This document shows, piece by piece, positions 62,577 through 64,000 of a stretch of 64,000 nucleotides of DNA. Source of the DNA: Octopus sinensis (Eukaryota); NCBI RefSeq assembly GCF_006345805.1, contig NC_042997.1:115196001-115260000 (forward strand), read 5' to 3'. Position 1 is the stretch's first letter, and each line of letters opens with the position of its first letter. A program made the position numbers and the translations under genes. Below the pieces are notes generated by a model, which searched no databases, had not been told where the DNA came from, and saw only the letters and a list, made by a program, of their open reading frames with translations.

Positions 62577-62978
62577 TTACATTTGACGGATATTTGTCCT
62601 CATCTTGTTAACGTTTTGGCTGATATATCCTCCAAGTGTCTTGGGGAAATTTTGAACCTGGGTTCTCATTCCTAAGGCATTTTTCGATATTATTATTATT
62701 ATGCCCACTGGCATATGTTGTAGTGGTTAAGAGCGCGGGTTACTAACCCCAAGATTCTGAGTTCGATTCCAGGCAGTGACCTGAATAATAATAATGATAA
62801 TCATAACATCGAAAAATACGTTAGAAATGAGAACCCAGGGTCGAAATTTCCCCAAGACACCTGATGAAAGCTGGAGGGTATATCAGCCAAAATGTTATGT
62901 TAACAACAAACCAGATGAGGACAAAAATCGTCAAATGTAAATAATGTACATAATTCCTCATCTCTTAAATATAGAACT
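62577..62978. mobile_element. Third tRNA-head/hammerhead foldback composite with 12-bp TSD
   Basis: GGTGCCTTTTAT at 62565-62576 and 62979-62990 flanks the whole inverted structure, which interrupts an RTE 3' fragment. Confidence 0.8.
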
Positions 62979-63400
62979 GGTGCCTTTTATGTCCCACCGG
63001 CATGGGTGCCAATTACACGACACTGGCATCAGTCAAAACTATGATTTAACTTGGCTTGACAGGTCTTCTCAAGCACAGCGTTTTGCCCAACGTTCGAAGG
63101 GTGTTTTTTATGAGGCACCTGGTATAAAGCTACATCCCTCAAAACTGTCCCCTTGGTTGTGGGTCTTGTTTAGCGAAATACTCGACAGCTTCACTTGGTG
63201 CTACATAAAAAGCATCTGGTACACTGTAAATTGGTTGGCGTTAGGAAGGGCATGCCAGGTCAGGCCGGAGTCTAGTTCAACCCCCTCAGCTTGCCAACTC
63301 GGGGTCAAACCGTCCAACCCATGCCAGCATGGACAACGAATGCTAAATGATGATTTTTATAAGAGTGTTATGATTGTGTATCTTTTTTCTTCTCTTTCAG

Positions 63401-63523
63401 ATGAAGGTTGTGACCCCAGAAATCTCTTGGCATGAACGTGACCCTGTTTATTCAGTTGATTTCCAGCCAGGGAATCACGCAATCCAACGTTTGGCCACTG
63501 CTGGAGTGGATAAATTTGTCAGG
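63401..63523 (+). CDS. CHAF1B: Chromatin assembly factor 1 subunit B (p60), first coding exon ([41 protein letters not shown])
   Basis: Polypyrimidine tract with cag|ATG and an AGG|GTAAGT donor. The peptide matches the CAF-1 p60 N-terminal WD40 start [21 protein letters not shown]...RLASAGVD. The rest of the gene lies beyond the window. Confidence 0.93.
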
Positions 63524-63743
63524 GTAAGTGATTTGCAGTATATTTGTCTATATAATCATCTCACATGTTTAAATCCTTTCGATGCCATATTTCTGTTGAA
63601 ATGCTCTGCCTTTGTTTTAAATAATTTTGAAAATAATAATAAAGAATTTAGTGAAATAGCCTTTCTCATTGTGAAGCAGGGGTTTCAGACATAAATTCAT
63701 CATCATCATCATTATCATCGTTTAACATCTGCTTTCCATGCTG

Positions 63744-63945
63744 TTGTTGTTAAACAACAAGACGGGTAAGGGTGATTAGGTGATGGTCTAGGGCTTAAGG
63801 GCGGGAGACTCCAGACCTTGGAAAAAAAAAACTTTGGTCGTCTTGTTGTAGTCAAGGGCTCTTTGTTGACACCCGACACCACTGGGAGGTGGCCCTTGAA
63901 GTCGCTGTAAATGGAGATCTCCAGGTCCAAATTCTTGAATGGTTA
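63744..63945 (-). mobile_element. Short retro-inserted fragment with 12-bp TSD (LINE endonuclease-like remnant)
   Basis: CTTTCCATGCTG at 63732-43 and 63946-57. Minus frame LEISIYSDFKGHL resembles the APE GDFNxH motif. Confidence 0.5.
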
Positions 63946-64000
63946 CTTTCCATGCTGGCATGGATTGGACGGTTTTGACTGAGGACTGGCAAGCCAGGAG

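Overview
Repeat-dense eukaryotic DNA. The repeat families look like those of a coleoid cephalopod (Octopus-like), which is an inference. Two host genes are supported. The first is a complete six-exon C1QBP/p32 (MAM33 family) gene on the minus strand (CDS 53651->31950, 324 aa from the first ATG, all introns GT-AG and in phase). The second is the first coding exon of CHAF1B (CAF-1 p60) on the plus strand (63401-63523), divergently oriented, with a DHFR-type E2F site at 59645-59656. The rest is mostly transposable elements: tRNA-derived SINEs, two kinds of RTE LINE (one with a PHD finger inside the RT-bearing ORF, one young BovB-like copy with an 11-bp TSD), R4/Dong-like relics, a solo LTR, Helitron-like, piggyBac-like and mariner MITEs, and Merlin-like elements (GG-ended MITEs with 8-9 bp TSDs plus a transposase relic). 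There are also 5S rRNA and histone H3 fragments. The most unusual element is a recurrent foldback composite: tRNA-like Pol III heads fused to Penelope-type termini carrying minimal type I hammerhead ribozyme cores. One copy is inserted as a unit with a 12-bp TSD. No database searches or folding programs were run; family names rest on recognised motifs.
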